64,000 nucleotides of DNA. Source: Syntrophales bacterium. GTDB lineage: Bacteria; Desulfobacterota; Syntrophia; Syntrophales; UBA2251. The stretch's first letter is position 1. Each line of letters begins with the position of its first letter. Below the pieces are notes generated by a model. That model was not told the DNA's origin and made no database searches. It saw nothing but the letters and a program-made list of their open reading frames with translations. Of this stretch, positions 9,567 through 22,176 are shown piece after piece. The stretch is taken from NCBI GenBank assembly GCA_035358035.1, contig DAOPOS010000011.1:1477-65476 (forward strand). Direction: 5' to 3'. A program made the translations under genes and the position numbers.

Positions 9567-10889
9567 TTACGTCTCCGCGTTCCGGGAGGGCGGCCGGAAG
9601 AGCGGCAGCCCCAGCTGCTTGCGGCGGGTCTTGCCGTAGGGGCAGGTTTTCTCCCGGACCGTCGGTTCGCCCCGGCGGCCCCTGCCCCGGACCTCGATCA
9701 GGTGGGAGCCCCCCAGGTGGAGGGCGTGCTTGCCGTAGCGGCGGCTCACCGCGTCCACGGCGTCGTAGAGCTCGCGGATCCTTTCCGCCTTCAGGGGGTC
9801 TTCGAAGAGGGAGTACTGGATGTTCGCGTCCGGGACGAGGTCGAGGAGAACGACCCCGGTGGCGCGGTAGAGGTCCCGGCGCCGGTAGAGGTCGTTGAAC
9901 AGGCCGCGGAGCAGGGGGGACAGCTCCAGGGGGTGGGCGCAGGGGCGGTTGAGGCGCGCCTCCCGCCCCGCGGTGTCGAAGTTCTGCCGCTTCAGGAAGG
10001 CGGCCACCCGCCGCGGGGCGAGGCCGTAGCGCCGGGCCTTGATGCAGGCGGATTCGAGGTTCCGGATCAGGTGGGCGAAGAGGTACTCCGGATCGGCGCT
10101 CGGCGGGGCGAAGGTCTTCGTCTTGCTGATGGAGGCGTAGACGCTCTTCTCCTCCGGCGAAACGGGGTAGACGGACGTCCCCCGGAGCTCCTGCCAGGTC
10201 TCGATGCCGGGCTTCGTGAGGCGCTGACGAACCGTCCGCTCCGCAAGGCGGGCGAAGTCCAGGGCGGTCCGGACGCCCAGTTTGTCGAGATAGCTCGCGG
10301 TCGCGGGGCCGATGCCCCAGACCCCGCCCACGGGAAGCGACTCGAGCAGGAGGGGGATCGCCCGGCCGGGGACGACGGTGAAGCCGGAGGGCTTCCGGTG
10401 CCTGGAGGCCGCCTTGGCGAGGACCTTGGTCAGGGAGAGGCCGACGGAGACGGTCAGGCCCAGTTCGCGCTCGACGGCGTCCTTCATCCGCAGGGCGATG
10501 GTTTCGTAGGAGGCCTTGAGCGGCCGCCTGAGGCCCGTGATGTCGGCGAAGGCCTCGTCGATGGAGTATTCCTCGACCTGGGGGGTGAAGCGGCGCATGA
10601 CGTTGAACATCCGCCGGGAGAAGAGGCTGTAGGTCTCGTAGTCGGAGGGGAGGACGACGAGGTCGGGACAGAGCCGTTTCGCCTCCGGGAGGGAAACGGC
10701 CCGCCGGATGCCCAGGGCCTTGGCCGCGTAACTCGCGCAGGCGACGATGCCCCGCTCGCCGCCGGTGACGATGGGCTTCCCGCGCAGTTCCGGGTGGAGG
10801 GCCTCCTCGCACGAGGTGAAGAAGGCGTCCCCGTCCATGTGCAGGATGGCCCGGGGCCAGGCGTGGAGCGTCAAGATCGTGTCGTTCAT
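9567..10889 (-). CDS. Y-family DNA polymerase (DinB/UmuC type)
   Basis: ILHMDGDAFFTSCEE, GIVACASYAAKALGI and SIDEAFADITG catalytic motifs. Confidence 0.8.
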   Translation of the reverse strand: MNDTILTLHAWPRAILHMDGDAFFTSCEEALHPELRGKPIVTGGERGIVACASYAAKALGIRRAVSLPEAKRLCPDLVVLPSDYETYSLFSRRMFNVMRRFTPQVEEYSIDEAFADITGLRRPLKASYETIALRMKDAVERELGLTVSVGLSLTKVLAKAASRHRKPSGFTVVPGRAIPLLLESLPVGGVWGIGPATASYLDKLGVRTALDFARLAERTVRQRLTKPGIETWQELRGTSVYPVSPEEKSVYASISKTKTFAPPSADPEYLFAHLIRNLESACIKARRYGLAPRRVAAFLKRQNFDTAGREARLNRPCAHPLELSPLLRGLFNDLYRRRDLYRATGVVLLDLVPDANIQYSLFEDPLKAERIRELYDAVDAVSRRYGKHALHLGGSHLIEVRGRGRRGEPTVREKTCPYGKTRRKQLGLPLFRPPSRNAET

Positions 10890-10991
10890 CGTATTGCCCG
10901 AAATCCTTGACCTTTGGGAAACGGCCCCCGCTTTTCAGCGGTCTCAAGGGGTTGACGGCCGGGAGAATTTTCCCCTTGCCTCCGTGGATCT

Positions 10992-11021
10992 ATTATGGTA
11001 GAACGCACGTTCTACTGTCAA
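10992..11021 (-). promoter_or_regulatory. near-consensus sigma-70 promoter toward the Y-family polymerase (TTGACA-N18-CATAAT)
   Basis: Minus strand reads TTGACA GTAGAACGTGCGTTCTAC CATAAT. The spacer is exactly the palindrome. Confidence 0.5.
10998..11015. promoter_or_regulatory. candidate LexA (SOS) operator, GTAGAAC-N4-GTTCTAC
   Basis: Perfect 7+7 inverted repeat containing the Cheo-type core GAAC-N4-GTTC. Lies between the divergent polymerase gene and the pgpA-cinA-thpR-recA genes. Confidence 0.55.
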
Positions 11022-11076
11022 GGGGTTTTTTGCTCATTGACAGGGGGGGGAAAAGAGGATAACTGAGGGCGGAAAA

Positions 11077-11604
11077 ATGAAGGCATTTTTGGCGGTTTAC
11101 GCCCGGCGGATCCCGCCGCACCGGATGCCGGAAGAGGCGCCCTTGGGCGAGAGGTTTGTCAGGATCATCGCCACCGGGCTGGGGAGCGGGTATGCCCCCT
11201 TCGCCCCCGGAACGGCGGGGACGCTCGTCGCGATTCCCGTTTATCTCGTCCTTTTCCCCCTGTCCTGGCCGCTGTATCTCCTGACGGTGGTGGCCCTGAC
11301 GTTTCTGGCGATTCACGTCTCCGGGGCGGCGGAGGTCCTCTTCGGCCGGAAGGATGCCCCGCGGATCGTGATCGACGAGATCTGCGGGTTTCTGTTCGCC
11401 CTGTTCTGCGTCACGCCGACCGTGGCGCATATCGCCGCCGGGTTTGCGCTTTTCCGGCTCTTCGACATTGCGAAGCCCTTCCCGGCCGGTCTCATTCAGC
11501 GGCGGCTTCCCGGCGGTTACGGGGTGGTGCTGGACGACGTCGCGGCGGGGATCTACGCGAACCTCGTCCTGCAGGGCCTGGTGTGGGCGGGCATTCTGGG
11601 TTAA
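11077..11604 (+). CDS. pgpA: phosphatidylglycerophosphatase A
   Basis: GLGSGYAPFAPGTAGTL, VIDEICGF, FRLFDIAKPFP and DDVAAGIYA motifs. The start could instead be the internal ATG at 11125. Confidence 0.8.
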   Translation: MKAFLAVYARRIPPHRMPEEAPLGERFVRIIATGLGSGYAPFAPGTAGTLVAIPVYLVLFPLSWPLYLLTVVALTFLAIHVSGAAEVLFGRKDAPRIVIDEICGFLFALFCVTPTVAHIAAGFALFRLFDIAKPFPAGLIQRRLPGGYGVVLDDVAAGIYANLVLQGLVWAGILG

Positions 11605-11621
11605 AGAGGGGACCTCTCGAC

Positions 11622-12878
11622 ATGAACGTCGGCATTCTGACCATCGGCAACGAACTGATCAGCGGGCGCACGCAGGACACGAACGCCTCGCTGATCGCCC
11701 GGGCCCTCCAGGTCCAGGGCTGGCCGGTGGCCGTGATCCTGTCCGTGGGGGACGACGAGGCGGCAATCCGGGCGGCCCTCGGGCTGATCCTGGCGCAGGC
11801 CGACGCCGCCATCGTGACCGGGGGGCTGGGGCCCACGGCGGACGACATCACGACCGCCGCGATCGCCCGTATCTTCGCGCTGCCGCTCGTGACGGACGAG
11901 GCGGTTCTGGCCTACATCCGGTCGATCTTCGAGAAATACCGGCTGAACTGGACGGACAATAACGCCAAGCAGGCCGTTTTTCCGGCGGGGGCGGAGGTCA
12001 TCCCCAACCCTGCGGGAACGGCGGCCGGGTTTGCCCTCCGGAAGGGCCGCCAGGTGGTGGCCGTGATTCCGGGCGTTCCCCGGGAGGTTGCACGGATGCT
12101 GCCCGAGGGGGTCATCCCGCTCCTGAGGCGCGCGTTTCCCGAGGCGGCGGCCTGCGTGGCGACCCGGACGATCAGGAGTTTCGGCCTGGGCGAAGCCGAG
12201 GTGGATCAGGCCCTGGCCGATGCCGACTGGACCGGAATGGGCGTCGAGATCGGCTTCTACCCCCACTTTCCGGAGAACCACATCGTCCTGACGGCGCGGG
12301 CGGCGACCGATGCGGAGGCCGAACGGCGGTTGCAGGCGGCGGAAGCGGCGGTAACGGGGCGCCTGGGGCGCCATGTCTTCTCCCGTGACGGGGACGCCCT
12401 CGAGGCCGTGGTGGGGCGCCTGCTCAGGGAACGGGGGCTCACCCTGGCCGTGGCCGAGTCCTGCACGGGCGGGCTCATCACGGATCGGCTGACGGACGTT
12501 CCCGGCAGTTCCGCCTACCTGGAACGGGGGCTCGTGACCTACAGCAACGCCGCCAAGGTGGCGCTCCTCGGGGTGCCGGAGGCGGTCCTCGCGGCCCACG
12601 GCGCCGTCAGCGAAGAGACGGCCCGGCGGATGGCCGCGGGGGTGAGGCGGCAGGCGGGGACGGATCTGGGCCTCGCCGTGACCGGCATTGCCGGACCGGA
12701 CGGCGGATCGGCGGCGAAGCCCGTAGGGACGGTCTTTATCGCCCTGGCGGACGCCGATGAAACGGTCTGCCGGCCGTTCGCCTTCCGCTGGGACCGCCGC
12801 CGGATCAAGATGATCGCCGCGCAGTCCGCCCTCATGATGGTGAAGCGCTACCTCGCGGGCGAGGCGCAGCAGGCGTGA
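11622..12878 (+). CDS. cinA: CinA-family protein (MoCF-like domain + nicotinamide-nucleotide amidase PncC domain)
   Basis: MNVGILTIGNELISGRTQDTNAS N-terminus; C-terminal AESCTGGL...GTVFIA. Internal ATG at 11622. Confidence 0.85.
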   Translation: MNVGILTIGNELISGRTQDTNASLIARALQVQGWPVAVILSVGDDEAAIRAALGLILAQADAAIVTGGLGPTADDITTAAIARIFALPLVTDEAVLAYIRSIFEKYRLNWTDNNAKQAVFPAGAEVIPNPAGTAAGFALRKGRQVVAVIPGVPREVARMLPEGVIPLLRRAFPEAAACVATRTIRSFGLGEAEVDQALADADWTGMGVEIGFYPHFPENHIVLTARAATDAEAERRLQAAEAAVTGRLGRHVFSRDGDALEAVVGRLLRERGLTLAVAESCTGGLITDRLTDVPGSSAYLERGLVTYSNAAKVALLGVPEAVLAAHGAVSEETARRMAAGVRRQAGTDLGLAVTGIAGPDGGSAAKPVGTVFIALADADETVCRPFAFRWDRRRIKMIAAQSALMMVKRYLAGEAQQA

Positions 12879-13486
12879 CGGACCGGGAGGGCCTTGGTGA
12901 AGCGATGAGCGAAGAAACGACCCTGCGGGCCTTCCTGGCCATCGAGCCCCCGGAGGCCGTGCGCGCAGAGATCGCCGCGATCCAGGAACGCCTGAAGAAG
13001 ACGGTCCGGGGGGTGATCCGGTGGGTCCGTCCGGAGGGGATTCACCTGACGCTCAAGTTCTTCGGGAACATCCCGCCGCCGGCCGTGGAGCGAATTTCGG
13101 CGGCGGTCGCGGCGCGGACCGCCGGGGTCGCCCCGTTCGACCTGACGGTCGGGACGGTCGGCGTTTTCCCCGATTTGAACCGCCCCCGGGTCGTCTGGCT
13201 GGGGATGGCGGGGGAGGTGGACCGTCTGCTCGGCCTGCAGAAGTCGCTCGATCGGGAATTCGGGGCCCTGGGGTTTCCGCGGGAGGAGCGGCCCTTCCGG
13301 GCGCACCTGACCCTGGGGCGGATCAAGACCCCGAAGGGGCTGGTCGGTCTGGCCCGGGCGGTCGAGACCGGCGAGACGGCGACGGCCGGTCCGTTCAGGG
13401 CCGATGACCTGATCCTGTTCCGGAGCGAATTGTCGCCGCAGGGCGCCGTGTATACCCGGCTCGCCGCCTTTCCCCTTCGGGGGTGA
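12875..13486 (+). CDS. thpR: RNA 2',3'-cyclic phosphodiesterase (ThpR/LigT, 2H family)
   Basis: Two HxT motifs (HLTLKF, HLTLGR). GTG 12875 overlaps the cinA stop (GTGA); alternative ATG at 12905. Confidence 0.75.
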   Translation: MTDREGLGEAMSEETTLRAFLAIEPPEAVRAEIAAIQERLKKTVRGVIRWVRPEGIHLTLKFFGNIPPPAVERISAAVAARTAGVAPFDLTVGTVGVFPDLNRPRVVWLGMAGEVDRLLGLQKSLDREFGALGFPREERPFRAHLTLGRIKTPKGLVGLARAVETGETATAGPFRADDLILFRSELSPQGAVYTRLAAFPLRG

Positions 13487-13670
13487 TCCGTCCCGGCCGG
13501 AAACGGAACGGGGGCGGGGATGAGCCGGCTCCCGCCGGGAAGCCGGGTTTCAAGGGGTCCGACGGACCCGGAGATGAGGATTGGCAGGAATCACGCTTTC
13601 GCAAAAGCGGGAAAAGGAAGAGGCATCCCCAAGAATGTTGAAGAGGAAAGATCATTATCAGGAGGTGGCT

Positions 13671-14687
<1,017 letters not shown>

Positions 14688-14691
14688 CGCC

Positions 14692-15168
14692 GTGGCGGAC
14701 CCCCTCTCCGACCAGGAGACCCTGGAGCGGGCCTTCCGGATGCTGGCCCGCCGCCCCCACAGCGAGCGGGAGATCCACCGGAAGCTCAGGGAAAAGGGGG
14801 CGGACGGAGCGGGCATCGCCCGCGTGCTGGAGCGGCTGCGGGAGCTGGGATACGTCGACGATGCCGCCTTTGCCCGGGGCTGGGCGAAGGGCCGGGCCGG
14901 CGGGCGGCTCTGGGGAAACCGCCGGATCGCGGCGGGACTTCGGGAGAAGGGCATCCCGGCGGAGATCATCCAGGCGACGCTGGCCGAGCTTCGCGAGGAG
15001 GTGGACGAGGGCGAATCCCTGCGGCTCTGGCTGGTCCGGAAGCTGCGCGGGCGGGACCCGGCGACCCTGGAGGAGCGGGAACGGCGGCGCCTGGCGCGAG
15101 GCCTGGCCGCGCGGGGGTTCCCGTCGGACCTGATCGTGCGGGCGTTGAAAGCGGGCACCGGGGATTAG
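14692..15168 (+). CDS. recX: RecA regulator RecX
   Basis: LARRPHSEREIHRKLREKG and repeated helical RecX pattern. GTG 14692 lies 5 nt after the recA stop; the ORF track start TTG 14656 is an alternative. Confidence 0.75.
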   Translation: MADPLSDQETLERAFRMLARRPHSEREIHRKLREKGADGAGIARVLERLRELGYVDDAAFARGWAKGRAGGRLWGNRRIAAGLREKGIPAEIIQATLAELREEVDEGESLRLWLVRKLRGRDPATLEERERRRLARGLAARGFPSDLIVRALKAGTGD

Positions 15169-15215
15169 GCGTTGGACGGCGGACAATTCATTTTCACGGG
15201 AGGCGGTTGTTTCAC

Positions 15216-17852
<2,637 letters not shown>

Positions 17853-17881
17853 GGAGGGTCCCGCTCGCTCTCCGGTGCGGC

Positions 17882-18367
17882 TCATGCCTCCCGTTCGTAT
17901 CGATCGTAGGTGTCCAGATCCGGCGTGTAGATCAGGAAGGTGCCGTCGCTCCGTCGCCGGACGACGGTGCGCGCGGAAATCAGCGAGTACCAGACGCCGA
18001 TCGCCTGCCCGGCGTCGTCCCGGAGGATGAAGCCCTGCTGGTAGCGTCGCAGGGCGAGCGCGCGGAGCCGCATGCGGTCGATGAGGTCCCTGAAGGCCGC
18101 GGGATCGGCGGGAAGCGGTTTCCAGAGGGTTTCACCCAGGGACGCCCCTTTCTTGAGGCCCATCACCGCGTTGGGGCAGGCGTCGGAGCCGCTGATAAAG
18201 TAGTCGTATCCGGGGTTCATTTCGTAGCGTTCGAACGCCCCGGTGACGCCCTCATCCGGGTCGAACCGGCCCGTCTGCCAGGACGACGGCCATCCGGCGC
18301 AGCCGATCGCCAGCAGGATCAGTCCGGTCATGGCGAGCCGGACGCGCAGGGTCGTCGTTCGTTTCAT
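17882..18367 (-). CDS. lipoprotein of unknown function
   Basis: MKRTTTLRVRLAMTGLILLAIGC lipobox. GAGGAGG RBS before ATG 18367 (internal to ORF 17882..18451). Confidence 0.6.
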   Translation of the reverse strand: MKRTTTLRVRLAMTGLILLAIGCAGWPSSWQTGRFDPDEGVTGAFERYEMNPGYDYFISGSDACPNAVMGLKKGASLGETLWKPLPADPAAFRDLIDRMRLRALALRRYQQGFILRDDAGQAIGVWYSLISARTVVRRRSDGTFLIYTPDLDTYDRYEREA

Positions 18368-18425
18368 GGCGGTTTTCCTCCTCATCGGGTCTGGGGTCAA
18401 CCGGTCCCCGTGACCCGGAAAACGG

Positions 18426-18454
18426 TTGACCGGAAGCTCGGGATCGCGCATAAT
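18426..18454 (+). promoter_or_regulatory. putative sigma-70 promoter (TTGACC-N17-CATAAT)
   Basis: Sits 47 nt upstream of the 92-aa membrane ORF. The -35 box is part of a 9-bp inverted repeat GGTCAACCG/CGGTTGACC (18395-18403 and 18423-18431). Confidence 0.4.
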
Positions 18455-18500
18455 CCGCTCCCGTATGGATCAAACCTAACGTCGCCACCCCAAGGGGGAA

Positions 18501-18779
18501 ATGATGGACCCTCTGTCCGCAACGCACCTGTCGGTGCCGATCTTCCAGATCTGTCTGCTTTTGTTGCTGAGCACGCTGGCCCTCGTCTTCGGGCGGATCA
18601 AGCTCGCGCTCCTGATCAATTATTGCTTCACCCTCTACTGGGGCTACATCCTTTCGATCGACGCCTTTGCCGAGCAGGGGATGTTCGACTTCAACACCTT
18701 TACCTTCACCTATTTCGGATTCGGCATGGTGATCGTCTTTCTGGCGATGATCGGTCTCGTCTATTACCGGACGGATTAG
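18501..18779 (+). CDS. small three-helix membrane protein, unknown function
   Basis: 92 aa, strongly hydrophobic, lower GC than the flanks; GGGGGAA RBS and a promoter-like element upstream. Confidence 0.5.
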   Translation: MMDPLSATHLSVPIFQICLLLLLSTLALVFGRIKLALLINYCFTLYWGYILSIDAFAEQGMFDFNTFTFTYFGFGMVIVFLAMIGLVYYRTD

Positions 18780-18869
18780 CCCGGGCCGCTCCCGCAACGC
18801 TCCGCCGGCCCGGTTCCGTCCGGCTTCTCGTCCCGTCCGGAAGCCCCCGTTGCCCCCGCCGGGGTGCCG

Positions 18870-21839
18870 TCAGACCAGCGGCTCCAGCGCCAGCGCATTT
18901 CCGAGGGTTTGATTCGCCTGCCGGAGGCGATCCTCCGGTGCCAGGACGGCGATATCCGCCCGCGGCTCCGCCTCCGGGAAGTAGCGCGCCGCCGCTTCCC
19001 GAAGGCCCTGCGGCGTCGTTTCCAGGATGGCGCTCCGCAGGCGCCACCGCCGTTCGTCCGTCAATCCGACGAACTCCCGAACCATGGCCACCTGGCCGCG
19101 TCCGGCCGGGTCCAGGGGTTTGTCCAGGGCGCCGATGGTGCCGATGACGGCCTTGGTCAGCTCCTCGGCCGGGATCGGCGCATCGATCAGGGTCTTCACC
19201 GCGTCCGTATAGGCCGCGAGGGTCTGCACGATGTGGGGGTCCCGGTAGGAGAGAAAGGCAAAAACACCGGCCAGGGGATCGTAGGCGGCCATGCCTCCGT
19301 AGGCCCCGCCCTGGAGCCGGACGTGCTTGTAGAGGTACCCGCCGGCGAGGTGGCGGGCGGCGACCATCAGGGCGGCCGCCAGGGGATCGTCGTAGGCGGG
19401 GGCGGGGAGGAGCCTGGCCACGTAGCAGACCTGCGCGGCGATCGCGATGCCCGGATGATGCGACGGCGGCAGGACGGGCGCGGCGGGCGCCGCGTCTTCC
19501 CCCTCCGGGAGGGCGCCGAGCCGGGGCGCCAGTGCCGCCGCGACACCGTCCAGCCCCGCCGCGTCCGCGGTCAGATTGAGGGTCAGACCCGCGCGCCGGA
19601 AGATCATCGGCCTGAGCGCGCCCAGGGTCTTCCGAAGCGCGGCCGGATCGGCGCTTGCCTCTTCCGCCCGTGCATGCATAAACTTGAGTTGCGTCCGCCC
19701 GTGCCATTGCTCGTCCCGGCAGGCCGGAAGGGAGAGCGCCAGCCCCGCTGCCCGGCGGGCAAAAATGTGGCCGGAGGGAATGACGGACGCCTGGAGGCCG
19801 TTTTTCCGCTCGGCGATCAGGTCCTTCAGCCGTGCGGCGTCGTCCAGGTCGCCGGCCGTCAGCAGGTCGATCAGGATCGCGACGGCCTCCCCGATGTTCC
19901 GGTGCAGGGCCTTGACGTGAAACGTCATCTTCTGCCAGTGGCCCCGCCCGTCCGCCACGAGCCCCGCCTGCAGGCCGTAGCCGAGCCCCCCCGTCTTCAG
20001 GGCGATCCTCCGGGCCATGTCCGCATAGTCGTGTCCGGCTGCTCCCATGTGGGTTGTGCACTTGCCCAGGAGCGGCAGCCAGGGATGGAGCGCCTCCGGG
20101 AGGTGGGAGAGGTCGAAGGCCAGGTCCAGATACGCGATGCCGTTGGTGAACAGTTCGTGCTTGAGGACGGGTACGCCGGCGATCGTCGTCTTCTTCGTCG
20201 GAACGGTTTCCACGTCGCGCCCGATGTCGTTGAGCCCCAGCTTCGGCAGCGTGGACAGGGCCGTCGGAGAATCCGGCTCGGCCTGATAGGCCCGGAGCGC
20301 CTTGGCCTCGGTCCGGATCTCCTCCAGCCGCGTGACCGGCAGGGACGCCTTGAGGCGGGCCATCCGCTCCCGGAAGGCCGCCTCCCGGCGGGGGAGATCG
20401 TCCGGGTCCGGCGCCATGACGGACAGGACCCGGTGGGGATTTTCGATGAACCACTGCCGGACGATGTCCTGGAAGAGGGTCGGCCGGTCCGACCAGCGTT
20501 CCCGGATGCGCCCGATGATGCGGGGGAAGTTGAGACCGGCGAAGGGGTCGCCGTCGTACAGCCAGGTGTGATAGGCCCTCCCCATCAGGACGATCCCGTA
20601 GGGGTAGGCGCCGCGGACGATTTCCCGGCCGTGAAATTCCACCTGATGGAGGGCGCCCTCGATGAGGTCGCGCTCGAAGCCCTCGCGGGCCACGCGTTCG
20701 AGGGTGGCGAGGATCAGCGCCTCGATCCGGCCGGCCCGGTCGGCGTCCGTGCCCCGGAGACCGACGGCAAAGGCGACCTGCCGCAGGTCCCGTTCCATCC
20801 CCGTGGCCGACGAGAGATCCTCGCCGAGACCGGAATCGATCAGGGCCTTGCGGAGGGGGCCCGCGGCGCTGCCCACGAGGGCGTCCGCGGCGATTTCCAG
20901 GAGGGTCACCGTTTCCCCGTCGAGATTCTCCGCCAGCATCCAGGCCATGTTCACGACGCCCTTGCCGGCGGCGGATTCGTCGCGGGCGATGGGGTAGGTG
21001 CCGCTGACGGCGACGGGCTTCTCCCAGTGGGGCTGCGCGGGAATCGCGGAATCGACCTTTACGCGCGGGAACCCGGCCAGCATCTCGGCGAGAAAGACGA
21101 GATGATCCTCCGTGGGGATGTCTCCGTAGAGGAAGATCCGGGCGTTGGAGGGCGAATAGTACGTCCGGTGAAAGTCCCGGAAGGCCTCGTAGGTCAGCGC
21201 GGGGATGACGTCCGGGTCCCCTCCGGAATCGCAGGCGTAGGGCGTCTGCGGGTAGAGCGCCTCCTGAATGGCCTTCACCATCAGGGCGTCCGGCGATGAA
21301 TAGACCCCCTTCATTTCATTGTAGACGACCCCTGAGACGGTCAGGTCGCTGGCGATGTCGTCCGGCACGGTGAATTCCAGGTGGTGCCCCTCCTGCAGGA
21401 AGGTCTCCCGCCGCAGCCGGGGCCGGAGGGTGAGATCGACGTATACCCGGGCCAGGTTGTAGAAGTCCTGCCGGGTCTGGCTGGCGACGGGATAGACCGT
21501 CTTGTCCGGATACGTGAAGGCATTGAGAAACGTCTGCAGCGTGCCGCGCAGGAGTTCGTTGAAGGCGTCCTTCACCGGGTAGCGCTCGGAGCCGGCGAGG
21601 ACCGAGTGCTCCAGGATGTGGGGGAGCCCCGTGGAATCCGGGGGCGGGGTTCGGAAGCCGATCGCGAAGAGGTTCTCCCGGTCGTGGGCCTGGAGGTGGA
21701 CAACCCGGGCGCCGGTGGCCTCGTGGAGGAGCTCGCATGCTGTGACGCAGAGGTCCGGGATGGCTTCGACCCGCTGGACGAGAAACCCGTGGCGGACGTC
21801 TCCCGCTTTGAGGGGGGATTCTGGACAGACTGGGGACAT
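18870..21839 (-). CDS. PreP-like insulinase, peptidase M16C family
   Basis: HILEHSVLAGSERYPVKDAFNELLRGTLQTFLNAFTYPDKTVYPVAS (HxxEH zinc motif and PreP signature); 989 aa. Confidence 0.85.
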   Translation of the reverse strand: MSPVCPESPLKAGDVRHGFLVQRVEAIPDLCVTACELLHEATGARVVHLQAHDRENLFAIGFRTPPPDSTGLPHILEHSVLAGSERYPVKDAFNELLRGTLQTFLNAFTYPDKTVYPVASQTRQDFYNLARVYVDLTLRPRLRRETFLQEGHHLEFTVPDDIASDLTVSGVVYNEMKGVYSSPDALMVKAIQEALYPQTPYACDSGGDPDVIPALTYEAFRDFHRTYYSPSNARIFLYGDIPTEDHLVFLAEMLAGFPRVKVDSAIPAQPHWEKPVAVSGTYPIARDESAAGKGVVNMAWMLAENLDGETVTLLEIAADALVGSAAGPLRKALIDSGLGEDLSSATGMERDLRQVAFAVGLRGTDADRAGRIEALILATLERVAREGFERDLIEGALHQVEFHGREIVRGAYPYGIVLMGRAYHTWLYDGDPFAGLNFPRIIGRIRERWSDRPTLFQDIVRQWFIENPHRVLSVMAPDPDDLPRREAAFRERMARLKASLPVTRLEEIRTEAKALRAYQAEPDSPTALSTLPKLGLNDIGRDVETVPTKKTTIAGVPVLKHELFTNGIAYLDLAFDLSHLPEALHPWLPLLGKCTTHMGAAGHDYADMARRIALKTGGLGYGLQAGLVADGRGHWQKMTFHVKALHRNIGEAVAILIDLLTAGDLDDAARLKDLIAERKNGLQASVIPSGHIFARRAAGLALSLPACRDEQWHGRTQLKFMHARAEEASADPAALRKTLGALRPMIFRRAGLTLNLTADAAGLDGVAAALAPRLGALPEGEDAAPAAPVLPPSHHPGIAIAAQVCYVARLLPAPAYDDPLAAALMVAARHLAGGYLYKHVRLQGGAYGGMAAYDPLAGVFAFLSYRDPHIVQTLAAYTDAVKTLIDAPIPAEELTKAVIGTIGALDKPLDPAGRGQVAMVREFVGLTDERRWRLRSAILETTPQGLREAAARYFPEAEPRADIAVLAPEDRLRQANQTLGNALALEPLV

Positions 21840-22111
21840 GTGTGGCCTCGCTTGCGGGGGCGCCCGCGACCCGGGACGTTGCCGCCCGGGGGGCTCCGGC
21901 CGTTGATGCGGGCCGGGACCGACGCGTCGGGCGCGACCCGCGGCCGGGGAGGGGGAGCCGCCGGTTGATGGGTCTGGGTTACACCGTTTCCGTCCGGGGC
22001 GTCAAGCGCAAATCCCGCCGGGCGCCGAGCCCGTCCGCGGCTCGATCCCGCGTCGCGCACGCGAGCCCTCCCATCCCGGACAAATCCCGGTTCTCAACGG
22101 TCTTCCGGCAT

Positions 22112-22138
22112 AAAAAAAGGGGGACGGTCCGTCCCCCC
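22112..22138 (-). terminator. rho-independent terminator of gdh
   Basis: Minus strand reads GGGGGACGG-a-CCGTCCCCC followed by TTTTTTT, about 40 nt after the gdh stop. Confidence 0.75.
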
Positions 22139-22176
22139 TGGGTTGAGATTCCGGTCGCTCGGCCCGGCGGCGGTTT

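Noticed and set aside
13582-13596. A sigma-54-like TGGCAG-GAATC-ACGC upstream of recA.
   Set aside because: The spacing is right, but the -12 element lacks the TT of TTGC. No enhancer-like repeat is nearby, and recA is not expected to depend on sigma-54. This is probably chance.
21840-22111. A 270-nt GC-rich spacer upstream of the M16C protease as a possible structured RNA or small gene.
   Set aside because: I recognise no covarying stems, no known RNA motif and no ORF with an RBS. It is most simply a promoter/5' UTR region plus the gdh terminator.
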